From Felis catus (taxonomy: Eukaryota), in the NCBI RefSeq assembly GCF_018350175.1, contig NC_058368.1, positions 128,962,001 to 129,026,000 of the forward strand: a DNA stretch of 64,000 bases, given 5' to 3'. Under the pieces are notes generated by a model. It searched no databases and was not told the DNA's origin. It saw only the letters and a list, made by a program, of their open reading frames with translations. Positions 63,239 to 64,000 of the stretch are shown here, in pieces; within the stretch, counting starts at the first letter, position 1, and every line of letters begins with the position of its first letter. The translations under genes were made by a program, and so were the position numbers.

Positions 63239-63714
63239 TTTTTTTTTTTTTTTATGTTTATTTATTTAGAGAGAGACTGAGAGGGAGAGAACATATGAGT
63301 GTGCACGTGAATGCACATGAGTGCGAGCAGGGGAGGAGCAGAGAGAGAGAGAGATTGAGAATGGGAATCCTGGGGCGCCTGGGTGGCGCAGTCGGTTGAG
63401 CGTCCGACTTCAGCCAGGTCACGATCTCGCGGTCCGTGAGTTCGAGCCCCACGTCGGGCTCTGGGCTGATGGCTCAGAGCCTGGAGCCTGTTTCCGATTC
63501 TGTGTCTCCCTCTCTCTCTGCCCCTCCCCCGTTCATGCTTTGTCTCTCTCTGTCCCAAAAATAAATAAACGTTGAGAATGGGAATCCTGAATCCCAAGCA
63601 GGCTCCATGCTCATGTGGAGCCTGACACCGGGCTTGATCTCATGACCGTGAGATCATGACCTGAACCAAAATCAAGAGTTGGACGCTTAACTAACTGAGC
63701 CACTCAGTTGTCCC
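63239..63714 (-). mobile_element. SINEC (host), interrupted by a young + strand SINE
   Basis: Poly-T and GA tract; resumes at 63590 aatcccaagcaggctcc...ctgagccactcagttgtccc. Confidence 0.93.
63372..63575 (+). mobile_element. Young SINEC_Fc-type SINE, tail-less, nested
   Basis: 18-bp direct repeat ttgagaatgggaatcctg at 63355 and 63572; ends aaataaacgttga with no poly-A. Confidence 0.96.
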
Positions 63715-64000
63715 TAGAAGTCTTGTAAAGAGGGGGCAAAATTTAAGAAACTATCTCCTCTTATTTTATCACTCTTACAATGTCCTTTATGGAACATGTG
63801 TATCCCAAGTAATGGTAGCAGTTAGATATTTCTGTGTTTGAGGTTCTCTTTAGTGTAAAGTATTAAGCAGTAATAGAGCACACATACTGTGGAATGAAAG
63901 GACCTCATTTGTAAGGGTTAGAAAAGATGAATTGTACCGTAAAAGGTAGAAGAACATTCGGAATGGAGGACTAACCTGTGAGAATGATTTTGAACATGGA

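Larger units (their letters stand above)
1..64000 (+). other. Inferred long intron of an unidentified + strand host gene (felid genome)
   Basis: No recognisable coding exon. The + strand is visibly T/G-rich. SINEs (27 - vs 8 +) and both young L1s are biased to the - strand, as expected inside a + strand transcription unit. Confidence 0.6.

Noticed and set aside
1944..63597. Six-frame ORFs as protein-coding genes
   Set aside because: Most are SINE read-throughs (GAPGW, SAQVMIS, LSLSLSK motifs), microsatellite frames or short chance ORFs with no recognisable domain.
1..64000. CRISPR array, tRNA genes, prokaryotic or viral system
   Set aside because: No regularly spaced repeats with unique spacers and no operon-like ORFs; the tRNA-like A/B boxes are SINE heads.

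Overview
Mammalian, felid-type genomic DNA: the young SINE copies match the cat SINEC_Fc type. It is most simply read as part of a long intron of a gene transcribed on the + strand. I recognise no intact protein-coding exon, RNA gene or prokaryotic system. The ORF track consists of SINE, L1, Tigger and CR1 read-throughs and chance frames. Contents: about 35 tRNA-derived carnivore SINEs (27 on -, 8 on + by my count); two antisense 5'-truncated carnivore L1s; a full-span Tigger2-family DNA transposon (50679-55627) with a SINE and an L1 nested inside; ancient MIR, L2, L1M, CR1/L3, MaLR and hAT (MER5A, MER33, MER58B, MER94, MER112) relics; and microsatellites. The most interesting observations are a 146-bp local templated duplication spanning a SINE/flank junction, a SINE carrying a transduced source-flank tag, tail-less nested SINEs, reused insertion sites, a retroposed polyadenylated LTR-like fragment, and candidate cassette, terminal and recursive splice sites. 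Repeat family names come from recalled consensus motifs, not a database search, and old-repeat boundaries are approximate.
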